IMG/VR virus record: IMGVR_UViG_3300032373_000083
Coordinates: 1 to 29,403 of that record
Source: a virus
Taxonomy: Duplodnaviria > Caudoviricetes
Length of the DNA stretch: 29,403 nucleotides
Strand: one strand, 5' to 3'
Shown: positions 1-7,060 of the stretch, one piece after another
Layout of the letters: each line of letters begins with the position of its first letter
Position numbering within the stretch: position 1 is the stretch's first letter
Position numbers and translations under genes: made by a program
Notes under the pieces: generated by a model
The model's input: the letters and a program-made list of their open reading frames with translations, nothing else
The model's database searches: none
What the model was told of the DNA's origin: nothing

Positions 1-88
1 CGGCTTCATGGGCTTCTACCGCCGCCAAGATCATCTCTGGCGTGGCCCCTGCCCCGACAAGCGCACGTATGATGGGGGTGAGGCTCAC
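1..88 (-). CDS. 5' part of a gene running off the window (MSLTPIIRALVGAGATPEMILAAVEAHEA...), probably a phage replication initiator-type protein
   Basis: Translated by hand. The GTG at 88-86 overlaps the HNH stop (GTGA). The N-terminus resembles my recollection of alphaproteobacterial phage replication proteins, and the position fits. The product call is inference. Confidence 0.55.
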   Translation of the reverse strand, partial: MSLTPIIRALVGAGATPEMILAAVEAHEA

Positions 89-630
89 TCGCCTTCCTCC
101 GCGCGTTTAATCTTGTTCCAGCAAATACCGCAGAAATACGAGAACGCCTTGGGTTTTGAATAAAACCGGTGCGCCGCAATATCCATCGCCTCGCGAACTT
201 CAAACACGTCCAGCTTGCGCAAAAATGTCTTTATCGACGTGAGGCGCGCGGTCGTTATTGAGTCGTCTGCAAAGCGGTCCATGAATATCTCTGCGACCGT
301 CCATAGGTCGTCTTCCTCGCGCTCCCGCTTGGCCTCCATGACCTCATAATAGGCCCGCAACTGGTCTTCGCGTTCTTGTGTTGCCGCCGCCTTGTCTTCC
401 AGGCTCTGCGGGACCGTGCTAAGCAAGCGAGCGCCCTTCCCTCGGTTACAATCGACACAAGCCGTGACAAGGTTATCCATCTCGTTTGTGCCGCCTTCAG
501 CGACCGGATGAATATGATCGGCCTCCAACAAAACATCAGGCGGGCTTGCTCCGCAGTACGCGCAAGCGAAACCGTCGCGCTTGAAAACTTCGAACCGCGT
601 CGTCTTGCTAATTGCCTTGCGTCCGCTCAT
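85..630 (-). CDS. HNH endonuclease family protein
   Basis: RFEVFKRDGFACAYCG...LEADHIHPVAEGGTNEMDNLVTACVDCNRGK is a classic zinc-bound HNH motif. Confidence 0.9.
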   Translation of the reverse strand: MSGRKAISKTTRFEVFKRDGFACAYCGASPPDVLLEADHIHPVAEGGTNEMDNLVTACVDCNRGKGARLLSTVPQSLEDKAAATQEREDQLRAYYEVMEAKREREEDDLWTVAEIFMDRFADDSITTARLTSIKTFLRKLDVFEVREAMDIAAHRFYSKPKAFSYFCGICWNKIKRAEEGE

Positions 631-941
631 TGGCTGGCCCCCATGCGTTTCTGGTGGGCTTTAATGCCGTGAATGACCGTTGTGTGGTCTTTGCGCCCTG
701 CGGCTCGTGCAATCTGCGTCAAGGACCAGCGGCCAGCCTGGTGTGCGCGATGAAAGAAATCGTGGCGCGTTTCGGACAATTCTTTCAAGCGAAGCGGGCT
801 TTTGGCATCGTAAATGCTCACCCCATGATCCGCGCAGGCGTCTTGCAGCAGGTCGCTTAGTTTCGACTTACGGACAAGTGAAACGCTCAAAGCGCCGTAT
901 GTCTGATCAACAGAGCAGTCAAAACGATAAGCGATTATCAT
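627..941 (-). CDS. DnaA C-terminal (domain IV-like) helix-turn-helix protein
   Basis: SLTQIARAAGRKDHTTVIHGIK matches the DnaA signature SLxxIGxxFGxRDHTTVxH. ATGA-coupled at both ends. Confidence 0.8.
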   Translation of the reverse strand: MIIAYRFDCSVDQTYGALSVSLVRKSKLSDLLQDACADHGVSIYDAKSPLRLKELSETRHDFFHRAHQAGRWSLTQIARAAGRKDHTTVIHGIKAHQKRMGASQ

Positions 942-1330
942 GACGCCACCCGATAATCACGAGGCAGGCCGTTCACCATGTCCGTCTTGACGGCATAAAT
1001 CAGGGTTGAATCATTGTCGTCAGCCTTGGCGTCTGTCTTCACAACCGAGCAGCGCACCGAATAACCCTGATCTGCCCAAAACATTTCGAGTCTGTGTTTC
1101 AGTTTTTCAGCACCAAACCGGCTTAGGTGATTGTCAGGCTTTCGCTTGCTTCCGCGTTTACCGCCCTGCTTGACAGGAATGTCTTTGCAGAACCGACGCG
1201 ATCCGCCAGAGACAGCACCGCGCGTCAAATCCATGACTCGCGCAATTTCTTCGTGTGTGTATCCTGACGCCTTCAATTCACGCAGCGTATCAATGCGGCG
1301 TTCGTCCCAATCGGTTTCCTGCCTTGGCAT
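938..1330 (-). CDS. GcrA-like N-terminal HTH protein with a different C-terminal domain
   Basis: DWDERRIDTLRELKASGYTHEEIARVMDLTRGAVSG resembles the GcrA N-terminus (WTDERVExLKxLWxxGxSASQIAxxLGxxTRNAVIG). Confidence 0.7.
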   Translation of the reverse strand: MPRQETDWDERRIDTLRELKASGYTHEEIARVMDLTRGAVSGGSRRFCKDIPVKQGGKRGSKRKPDNHLSRFGAEKLKHRLEMFWADQGYSVRCSVVKTDAKADDNDSTLIYAVKTDMVNGLPRDYRVAS

Positions 1331-1333
1331 GTG

Positions 1334-1687
1334 TTACCCTTCCTCTATGTCTACAAGTACAGCACCACCCTTGACGGGCTCGCCAATGGTGTGTTCGCCG
1401 TAATCAAACTTGGAATCATCAATCCCCGTGACCGCCGCGATGGCGTCAATCAGGTACTTGCAGGAGTGTACGCAATTATCCTTGTCAGGCAGATTCCGCG
1501 TCTTTGGGCGAAACTCAAACGTCAGTTTCAATCGCGCGGCGTCGAGCGGACCCAGCCCCTGATCCTTGGAAAGAAACCCGCAGTCGCTCTTGTATTTTTT
1601 TGCCGCGCGATGGTGAGCAAACCTGTTACCGAAACCGCCGTTGGCTTTCAGTTCTTTGGGCCACCAGGGGAGCGTCAATCTAATCAT
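1334..1687 (-). CDS. rusA: RusA-like Holliday junction resolvase
   Basis: PDKDNCVHSCKYLIDAIAAVTGIDDSKF matches the RusA D-x-D-N...K...D...DD pattern. Size 117 aa. Confidence 0.8.
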   Translation of the reverse strand: MIRLTLPWWPKELKANGGFGNRFAHHRAAKKYKSDCGFLSKDQGLGPLDAARLKLTFEFRPKTRNLPDKDNCVHSCKYLIDAIAAVTGIDDSKFDYGEHTIGEPVKGGAVLVDIEEG

Positions 1688-2088
1688 TGGTCGCGCTTCT
1701 CCCAGGAACCGAAAGGCTTGGCCTTCGTCGGCAGCTTTTGCTTGTGTGTCTTATTGAAGCCCCGCGATTGAATAGGCTTGTGCTTACCCTTTTGTTTAGC
1801 TTTCATCCGGCGTGAATGTTGACCAACGCGCCCGCCCATCTTGTCAGCCTTTAAAGCCATTTTGGCTTCGAGTTTGCCCTTCTCGGCATTGCATGGCCCA
1901 CACAGATGACGGCAATTCTTCAGCGTCGACGTGCCGCCAAAGGCCACCGGAATGATGTGATCAAAATGTTCAGCGTCGGCCTCACACTCTGGCAGTTCAC
2001 ACACGCCGCCTGACCGTTCAGATACAGTGCGCCGAACAGCAACAGGGAATGCCTTGCGGGCTGGGATATGGCTTGGCTTACGGCTCAT
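1684..2088 (-). CDS. HNH endonuclease family protein with basic C-terminal tail
   Basis: CELPEC...DHIIPVAFGGTSTLKNCRHLCGPCNAEK. Start placed at ATG 2088 (MSRKP), which overlaps the upstream stop. Confidence 0.85.
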   Translation of the reverse strand: MSRKPSHIPARKAFPVAVRRTVSERSGGVCELPECEADAEHFDHIIPVAFGGTSTLKNCRHLCGPCNAEKGKLEAKMALKADKMGGRVGQHSRRMKAKQKGKHKPIQSRGFNKTHKQKLPTKAKPFGSWEKRDQ

Positions 2089-2261
2089 GTCGTCGCCGGT
2101 CGGTGTTGGAAGCAATACCAGCTTCCCAACGAAAAGCGCCCTACATTGAATCCGTAGTTTGCTGGCTTGGCGCACACCTCGCACACGTAAACAACACCCG
2201 CCTTATGGGGGCTGTCCGCCTGAACGCGGCGCGCCACTCTAAGTCGCTTCGGCTTGCGCAT
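2085..2261 (-). CDS. Small zinc-finger-like hypothetical protein (58 aa)
   Basis: GGAGG SD before ATG 2261; CxxC...WYCxxH; coupled to the downstream HNH. Confidence 0.65.
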   Translation of the reverse strand: MRKPKRLRVARRVQADSPHKAGVVYVCEVCAKPANYGFNVGRFSLGSWYCFQHRPATT

Positions 2262-2565
2262 AAGCACCCTCCGCCGCGCTCGTAGCGTCCGCCAGCAAGT
2301 TCGCAAAAACCGGCTTGTCGTGATGCTCGTACTCACCCAAGCGTCGGCCCATTGACGCCAACACAGCACGGCGCACGATTTCCCATCGCGCAGGCGCAGA
2401 AACTCCGCATAGGGCGCGGTCCATAAATACGACCTCGCTTGCGGCCCTTATCCGCGCTCCAAACTCGTCACAGCGCGCAACAACATCGTCCATCTGCCTG
2501 TCTGTCAGACGAATTGAGGTGCCTGTGAGTAAGTGATCGACTAGCTCTTTGGGTTCTCTCATCAC
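2239..2565 (-). CDS. Hypothetical protein
   Basis: ORF tiled between its neighbours with a GTGA overlap. Confidence 0.65.
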   Translation of the reverse strand: MMREPKELVDHLLTGTSIRLTDRQMDDVVARCDEFGARIRAASEVVFMDRALCGVSAPARWEIVRRAVLASMGRRLGEYEHHDKPVFANLLADATSAAEGAYAQAEAT

Positions 2566-2714
2566 ACCAACGCCCCCGTTTCAGCCTTCAGGGCGTCCGT
2601 GGTGGCGTCCCGTAGTTTCTCCCATGCGGCATGTCGTTTGCCCTTGGGCGCTGCAATCCAGCGTTTGCGGGCAAGTGCGCGCTTGGACTCGGTGAGTGTT
2701 TTGGTATCGGTCAT
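2562..2714 (-). CDS. Hypothetical protein (50 aa, MTDTKTL...)
   Basis: Strong SD GGAGG upstream of ATG 2714; first gene after the post-cro hairpin. Confidence 0.65.
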   Translation of the reverse strand: MTDTKTLTESKRALARKRWIAAPKGKRHAAWEKLRDATTDALKAETGALV

Positions 2715-2724
2715 TACGTCCTCC

Positions 2725-2773
2725 AAAAGAATAAGGCCCGACTCGTCGCGGGGGAAGCGCGCCAAGCCGGGCC
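2725..2773 (-). terminator. tR1-like stem-loop/terminator downstream of cro
   Basis: Minus strand GGCCCGGCUUGGCGCG-CUUCCCC-CGCGACGAGUCGGGCC forms a 16-position stem with 2 GU pairs and 1 mismatch, followed by UUAUUCUUUU. Confidence 0.6.
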
Positions 2774-2805
2774 ATGCGCGGCGGGAAAGGGAAACCGCCC
2801 ACGCA

Positions 2806-3006
2806 TCAGGTGGCAACATCAGGGTCAGAAGGGATAAACCCAACCTTGCCGTCCGTTGCTTTCCATATCTTAAACGCCGTCCGTCCAGTAGGCCAGTGAT
2901 GGCCGTGACGAAGGCGGCTCACGGATACAGGCGTTAGCCCTGTCCGCTCAGCAAAAGACCTGTTCGTTTCAGGAGTCTCCCGCAAATATGTGTCAAGTGT
3001 CATCAT
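2806..3006 (-). CDS. cro: Cro-like XRE/HTH regulator
   Basis: 66 aa; NRSFAERTGLTPVSVSRLRHG HTH plus the IWKATDGKV motif typical of Cro/YdaS; first gene of the operon. Confidence 0.8.
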   Translation of the reverse strand: MMTLDTYLRETPETNRSFAERTGLTPVSVSRLRHGHHWPTGRTAFKIWKATDGKVGFIPSDPDVAT

Positions 3007-3012
3007 GCGCGC

Positions 3013-3042
3013 AGCCTATAACGCACGTTGATACCTTGGCAA
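3013..3042 (-). promoter_or_regulatory. Leftward sigma70-type promoter (PR-like), probably giving a leaderless cro mRNA
   Basis: TTGCCA (3042-3037), 18 nt, TAGGCT (3018-3013), then 6 nt to ATG 3006; no SD. Confidence 0.55.
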
Positions 3043-3121
3043 GCCCTTATTTTTACTGAACTGCTGTTTTTTGTATACCGGCGCGTTATTTTTTTCTTGC
3101 AATGGTAAATCGGGCTGTTAT
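3018..3121. promoter_or_regulatory. Three 17-bp operator-like sites (3018-3034, 3073-3089, 3105-3121), consensus GTAW-N8-GTTAT
   Basis: GTATCAACGTGCGTTAT (reverse complement), GTATACCGGCGCGTTAT, GTAAATCGGGCTGTTAT. Sites 1 and 3 occupy the spacers of the two divergent promoters. Confidence 0.55.
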
Positions 3122-3124
3122 GGT
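3097..3124 (+). promoter_or_regulatory. Rightward early promoter (PL-like)
   Basis: TTGCAA, 16 nt, TATGGT with an extended TGn and upstream T-tracts; SD AGGAG before ATG 3150. Confidence 0.55.
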
Positions 3125-3149
3125 GAGGTATCGAAACAGGAGAAACACA

Positions 3150-3530
3150 ATGTCCAAGACTGAAATCTCAAACGAAACACTCATTGCTCTGGTAGAGCGC
3201 GCTACGGGTCAAAAAATCGAGGTGCGCAAGGTCAACGTTGAAACCGAAGACTCGCCCGTCATTGGTCAGCTTTGCGTTGTTCGCACCTATTCTGCGGGTG
3301 TCCATATCGGGACCATCATTGCCAAGAATGGCACTAATGTTCTGCTTGAAGATTCGGTCCGCCTTTGGAAATGGACCGAAGCCTTCACGCTTTCAGAGGT
3401 CGCCACAAAGGGTGTTGGCAAGCAGAGCCGTATCTCGGCGCGGGTTCCCTTGGTCGAACTTTGTCAGGCCATTGAAATTATTCCGACTAGCACGGTTGCA
3501 GCCAAGACCTTTGAGCCACGCAATGCCTAA
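3150..3530 (+). CDS. DUF6948-like phage protein
   Basis: IGQLCVVRTYSAGVHIG...VLLEDSVRLWKW...TLSEVATKGV...AIEIIP matches my recollection of this family. SD AGGAG. Confidence 0.75.
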   Translation: MSKTEISNETLIALVERATGQKIEVRKVNVETEDSPVIGQLCVVRTYSAGVHIGTIIAKNGTNVLLEDSVRLWKWTEAFTLSEVATKGVGKQSRISARVPLVELCQAIEIIPTSTVAAKTFEPRNA

Positions 3531-3735
3531 TCTCTGGACTCACGGCAACGGCGACGGCGACGGCAACGGCGACGGCGACGGCTACGGCTACGGCAGCGGC
3601 GACGGCGACGGCTACGGCTACGGCTACGGCTACGGCAGCGGCGACGGCGACGGCTACGGCTACGGCTACGGCAGCGGCTACGGCTACGGCTACGGCAGCG
3701 GCGACGGCTACGGCTACGGCAGCGGCGACGGCTAA
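3523..3735 (+). CDS. Gly-X repeat protein (70 aa; MPNLWTH followed by (GX)31G, X = Y, D, S or N)
   Basis: ATG overlaps the end of the upstream gene; the TAA is followed by an SD for the next gene. Confidence 0.7.
   Translation: MPNLWTHGNGDGDGNGDGDGYGYGSGDGDGYGYGYGYGSGDGDGYGYGYGSGYGYGYGSGDGYGYGSGDG
3544..3732 (+). repeat. Hexamer tandem repeat GGC-(TAC/GAC/AGC/AAC) x31 plus a final GGC
   Basis: Directly visible in the sequence. Confidence 0.97.
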
Positions 3736-3746
3736 GGGAGACAAAC

Positions 3747-4010
3747 ATGACTTTCACAGACTCACAACGGGACGCGGTTTATCAGGCGCTTCAGTTCTTG
3801 GACCGCGCGCAGGACAGCACAGAACCGCTTGAATGCGGGCGGCTCCCCGATGGCGGCTGGACCCTCATGATGGCCGATACTGACGGCGGCGAAACGCTTG
3901 AGTTCACGTCTTCCGACCTGATCAACCTTCGCGCCGCGCTTGACCGTATCGACCGCGTAAACAGCGATGCCGCTTTGGTAGCTTCGCGCAGCAAGAGGGA
4001 GCCAGTATGA
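3747..4010 (+). CDS. Hypothetical protein
   Basis: SD GGGAG; ATGA overlap with the next gene. Confidence 0.7.
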   Translation: MTFTDSQRDAVYQALQFLDRAQDSTEPLECGRLPDGGWTLMMADTDGGETLEFTSSDLINLRAALDRIDRVNSDAALVASRSKREPV

Positions 4011-4243
4011 TGCAGGATGACAGCAAAATCTTCAGCGAGATTGCCTCAACCGCAAAGGTACACCTGCTGCTTGCCGCTGGTGACATTCTCACCCACGCAA
4101 GCCCTGCCGCATGGACCGATTACGCGCAAGGCGTACACCGCGAACAAATCAAGAGGGCCGTCAAAGATGCCCGCGAAGCCCTGAACAAGATTGAAGGGAT
4201 GTTGGAAAGCCTGTCTGAAACGGAGAACGCCGATGACCGCTGA
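4007..4243 (+). CDS. Hypothetical protein
   Basis: SD GGGAG; coupled to its neighbours. Confidence 0.7.
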   Translation: MMQDDSKIFSEIASTAKVHLLLAAGDILTHASPAAWTDYAQGVHREQIKRAVKDAREALNKIEGMLESLSETENADDR

Positions 4244-4406
4244 CCGCAACAAAGCCGAGCCTGTCGCTCGCACTGACTTCTGTTCCGATGATTACCGGAC
4301 GCAAGAGGAGGCCGAGGCACTGGCAAGGACGCCACACGATGAGCGCGTCAAAGCCCGTCTGGATGCAAGAGACGCCGCGAAGGCAAAGCAGGAGGACAAC
4401 TCATGA
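4233..4406 (+). CDS. Hypothetical protein (MTADRNK...)
   Basis: SD GGAG before ATG 4233; ATGA overlap downstream. Confidence 0.65.
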   Translation: MTADRNKAEPVARTDFCSDDYRTQEEAEALARTPHDERVKARLDARDAAKAKQEDNS

Positions 4407-4588
4407 GCGTCCCTGACGACATTACGCGCGAGTTTGACGCAATCGTTGAACAGCACAAGGAAACGGGCCGGATGCTCACCGCAATGGCTAACCGCTTAGC
4501 GGAAACACGCCAGCGCCCTGCCTTCAAAATTGTTCGCTCTGACAATCTCAAAATGCCGGATGATCCCGGTCCGAAGGGGGCAGCATAA
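4403..4588 (+). CDS. Hypothetical protein
   Basis: SD GGAGG; TAATG overlap downstream. Confidence 0.65.
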   Translation: MSVPDDITREFDAIVEQHKETGRMLTAMANRLAETRQRPAFKIVRSDNLKMPDDPGPKGAA

Positions 4589-4686
4589 TGCGAAACCAAT
4601 CATTCATCGAACAGCTAACCCGCGCGGTCATCTTAACCGCGTTCGTTTGGGGTGGCGTATGGTTCATCTTTGCGGTGTCGCCATGA
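4588..4686 (+). CDS. 32-aa single-TM peptide (MRNQSFIEQLTRAVILTAFVWGGVWFIFAVSP), not in the ORF track
   Basis: Translated by hand; TAATG overlap upstream and ATGA overlap downstream. Confidence 0.6.
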   Translation: MRNQSFIEQLTRAVILTAFVWGGVWFIFAVSP

Positions 4687-4814
4687 GCCGTCTTGTCATC
4701 ATGTCGGGCCGATTGGCTACCGACTTCGGCGCGGGCTTGACTGTTGGCCTGCTTGCCGGAACCGCCGTGGGCGCAACGCTCGCAGCATTCTTGTTTTTCT
4801 TAGGAGCAAATTGA
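4683..4814 (+). CDS. 43-aa membrane peptide (MSRLVIMSG...FLFFLGAN)
   Basis: ATGA-coupled; hydrophobic Gly-rich helix; carries the SD for erf. Confidence 0.55.
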   Translation: MSRLVIMSGRLATDFGAGLTVGLLAGTAVGATLAAFLFFLGAN

Positions 4815-4815
4815 A

Positions 4816-5454
4816 ATGAACCGTTCTGAAACAATCGCAACGCTCGCCGCTTCGCTTTGTGCAGCGCAAGCCGAAATGGCGGGCGCGAGCAAGGACAAAA
4901 CCAACCCACACTTCAAGTCAAAATATGCTGACTTGGGGTCTGCGTGGGAGGCCTGCCGTGGCCCGCTTACCAAAAACGGGCTGAGCGTCATTCAGCTTCC
5001 ATCATCGCAAGACGGCTGTGTGCGGATCGAAACCATCCTGTTGCACAAGTCAGGCGAGTTTATCAGTGATACGCTGGCGTTGCCTGTCACAAAACAGGAC
5101 GCGCAAGGCTACGGCTCTGCGATGACTTACGCCCGCCGATATTCGTTGATGGCTGTTGTTGGCATCGCGCCGGAGGATGATGACGCCAATGACTCTATTT
5201 CAGGGGCAACACCCGCCAGTGCCAACGCGCCCGCAAACCCACGCAAGTCAAGCGCCGGCGCAAAGCGCGACGGGGACTATGAGGCCATCAAGGCCGAGAT
5301 TAAAGGCTGCACAAACCCCGACGAATTGAAGGAATGGGGGAAAGCCAACCGCGAGCGTATCAACGCGCTTCCCAAGGCGTTTGAGGACCCCATCCGAGAC
5401 GCATACCAAAACCACATGGAAGACCTGACAATCAAACTTGGAGCAGCAGCATGA
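4816..5454 (+). CDS. erf: ERF-family single-strand annealing recombinase
   Basis: KDKTNPHFKSKYADL...GLSVIQ...LLHKSGE...QGYGSAMTYARRYSLMAVVGIAPEDDD are hallmark ERF motifs. Confidence 0.92.
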   Translation: MNRSETIATLAASLCAAQAEMAGASKDKTNPHFKSKYADLGSAWEACRGPLTKNGLSVIQLPSSQDGCVRIETILLHKSGEFISDTLALPVTKQDAQGYGSAMTYARRYSLMAVVGIAPEDDDANDSISGATPASANAPANPRKSSAGAKRDGDYEAIKAEIKGCTNPDELKEWGKANRERINALPKAFEDPIRDAYQNHMEDLTIKLGAAA

Positions 5455-6107
5455 GTTATAACCACAACAACCCCGCGCCATCGCCTGACGACTTCGCCCA
5501 TGAAGTCGGCGCACTGGAAATGGACGCCGCCAATTTTGAAGGCGTGACCATCACATCCGAAAACGCCGGGGCTTTGCGCGACATTGTAGCGCGCGGCAAT
5601 GACATCAAAAAACGCATGGAAGCAGCCCGCAAGGATGCCAAGCAGCCTCACCTTGACGCTGGCAAGGCGGTTGATGCGGCGTTCAAACCGCCAATCGAAA
5701 ACACAACAGGTATTGTCACAACGGCCAAGTCTCGACTTCAAGCGTATTTGATTGCCGAACAAGAGCGCGAGCGCGCAGAGGCCGAAGCCGCCCGAAAGGC
5801 GGCGGAAGCCCTAAAAGACGACGCAATAATTGGCCAGCGGGTGACAGAGATTGCCGATGCCAAAGCCAAGCAGGCGGAGCAAGCAGGACGTGTCGCCTCC
5901 CAAGACGGCATTGCCAAGGTGGCAAGCCTTCGCACATATCGTTTTGCACAGGTCGATGATGCGACAGCACTGGTCGCTCACTACGCCTCAAACCCTGACA
6001 TGATCGCCCTCGCCGAGAAGCTGGCCAACGCGGACATTCGCGCGGCCAAGGGCGCTGAAATCACCATCCCCGGCGTCACCGTCGCAGAAGAAAAGCGAGT
6101 AGCATAA
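5451..6107 (+). CDS. Coiled-coil phage protein of the recombination module (possibly Gp157/Gam-like)
   Basis: [24 protein letters not shown] and C-terminal IPGV motifs; lies between erf and ssb. Function is inference. Confidence 0.6.
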   Translation: MSYNHNNPAPSPDDFAHEVGALEMDAANFEGVTITSENAGALRDIVARGNDIKKRMEAARKDAKQPHLDAGKAVDAAFKPPIENTTGIVTTAKSRLQAYLIAEQERERAEAEAARKAAEALKDDAIIGQRVTEIADAKAKQAEQAGRVASQDGIAKVASLRTYRFAQVDDATALVAHYASNPDMIALAEKLANADIRAAKGAEITIPGVTVAEEKRVA

Positions 6108-6550
6108 TGGGCAGCGTCAATAAAGTCATCTTGGTGGGCCACCTTGGGGCTGACCCTGAAATCCGCCGCCTCAACTCCGGTGATCCGGTTGTCAATCTCC
6201 GCATTGCCACATCTGAAAGCTGGAAAGACAAGCAATCCGGCGAGCGCAAGGAAAAGACGGAATGGCACAGCGTTGTGATTTTCAATGACCACATCGCCAA
6301 GGTCGCTGAAAACTATCTGCGCAAGGGTTCAAAGGTCTATGTCGAGGGTTCTTTGCAAACCCGCAAATGGCAGGACCAAAACGGCAACGACAAATACTCA
6401 ACCGAGATTGTCTTGCAGAAGTTTCGGGGCGAATTGCAGATGCTCGACAGCAAGGGCGGTGGCGAACAACCCCGCGCACGTCTTGATGATGTGCCTGGCG
6501 GGACAACGCCAAGCAATGATGATCTCGATGATATAATCCCTTTTAATTAA
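6107..6550 (+). CDS. ssb: Single-stranded DNA-binding protein
   Basis: [16 protein letters not shown]...TEWHSVV...[12 protein letters not shown]...DDIIPF. Confidence 0.97.
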   Translation: MGSVNKVILVGHLGADPEIRRLNSGDPVVNLRIATSESWKDKQSGERKEKTEWHSVVIFNDHIAKVAENYLRKGSKVYVEGSLQTRKWQDQNGNDKYSTEIVLQKFRGELQMLDSKGGGEQPRARLDDVPGGTTPSNDDLDDIIPFN

Positions 6551-6559
6551 ATCCCCCTG

Positions 6560-6581
6560 TGATAGACTCGCCGCTCTATCA
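6560..6581 (+). promoter_or_regulatory. Inverted repeat TGATAGA-N8-TCTATCA overlapping an extended -10 (TGA-TAGACT) upstream of the HNH gene
   Basis: The repeat is visible in the sequence; its function is inferred. Confidence 0.4.
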
Positions 6582-6599
6582 GTCCTTGGGATAAAAAAT

Positions 6600-7058
6600 A
6601 TGAAGGAACATGCGACAAAAACGTGCTTTAAGTGCGGGCGGGCGAAGGTCTTGGCCGAGTTTTATAAGCACAAACAGATGAAAGACGGTCGGCTCAATAA
6701 GTGCAAGTGTTGTACGAAAAACGATGTGCGCAAGCACCGAGAGCAAAACATTGAAAGGATCAGGGAATACGATAGAGCGCGCGGGAACCGTCAGTCGCGC
6801 GCCTATCACGAAGACTACAGAAAGCGGTTTCCCGCCAAGTACCGCGCCAGCACTCTAGTAGGCAACAGTATTAGGGACGGACGCTTGGTCAGGGAGAATT
6901 GCGAAGTTTGCGGGGCGGTAAAAACCCACGCCCACCACGACGATTACGCAAAACCCCTTGATGTTCGATGGCTTTGCCCGGTTCATCACAGACAGTGGCA
7001 CATGAAAAACGGGCCGGGTCGCAATGGCTGTCTAAACGAACACACAACAGGAAAGTAA
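6600..7058 (+). CDS. HNH-like putative homing endonuclease with N-terminal Zn-binding domain
   Basis: KTCFKCG...EFY...CKCC and CEVCG...HAHHDDYAKPLDVRWLCPVHH. Confidence 0.75.
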   Translation: MKEHATKTCFKCGRAKVLAEFYKHKQMKDGRLNKCKCCTKNDVRKHREQNIERIREYDRARGNRQSRAYHEDYRKRFPAKYRASTLVGNSIRDGRLVRENCEVCGAVKTHAHHDDYAKPLDVRWLCPVHHRQWHMKNGPGRNGCLNEHTTGK

Positions 7059-7060
7059 AA

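Noticed and set aside
85-2088. Two HNH genes plus RusA as a defence or restriction system
   Set aside because: An ordinary nin-like/replication region; no methylase, ATPase or sensor partner.
2089-2184. Extended 5' starts in the ORF track (e.g. 2184, 2843, 3102, 6968, 19420, 24139)
   Set aside because: Downstream ATGs have SD sequences or stop/start overlaps, and the extensions run into neighbouring genes or regulatory DNA.
3487-3757. Minus-strand poly-AV and poly-RS ORFs
   Set aside because: Shadows of the hexamer repeat; antisense to a coupled plus-strand operon.
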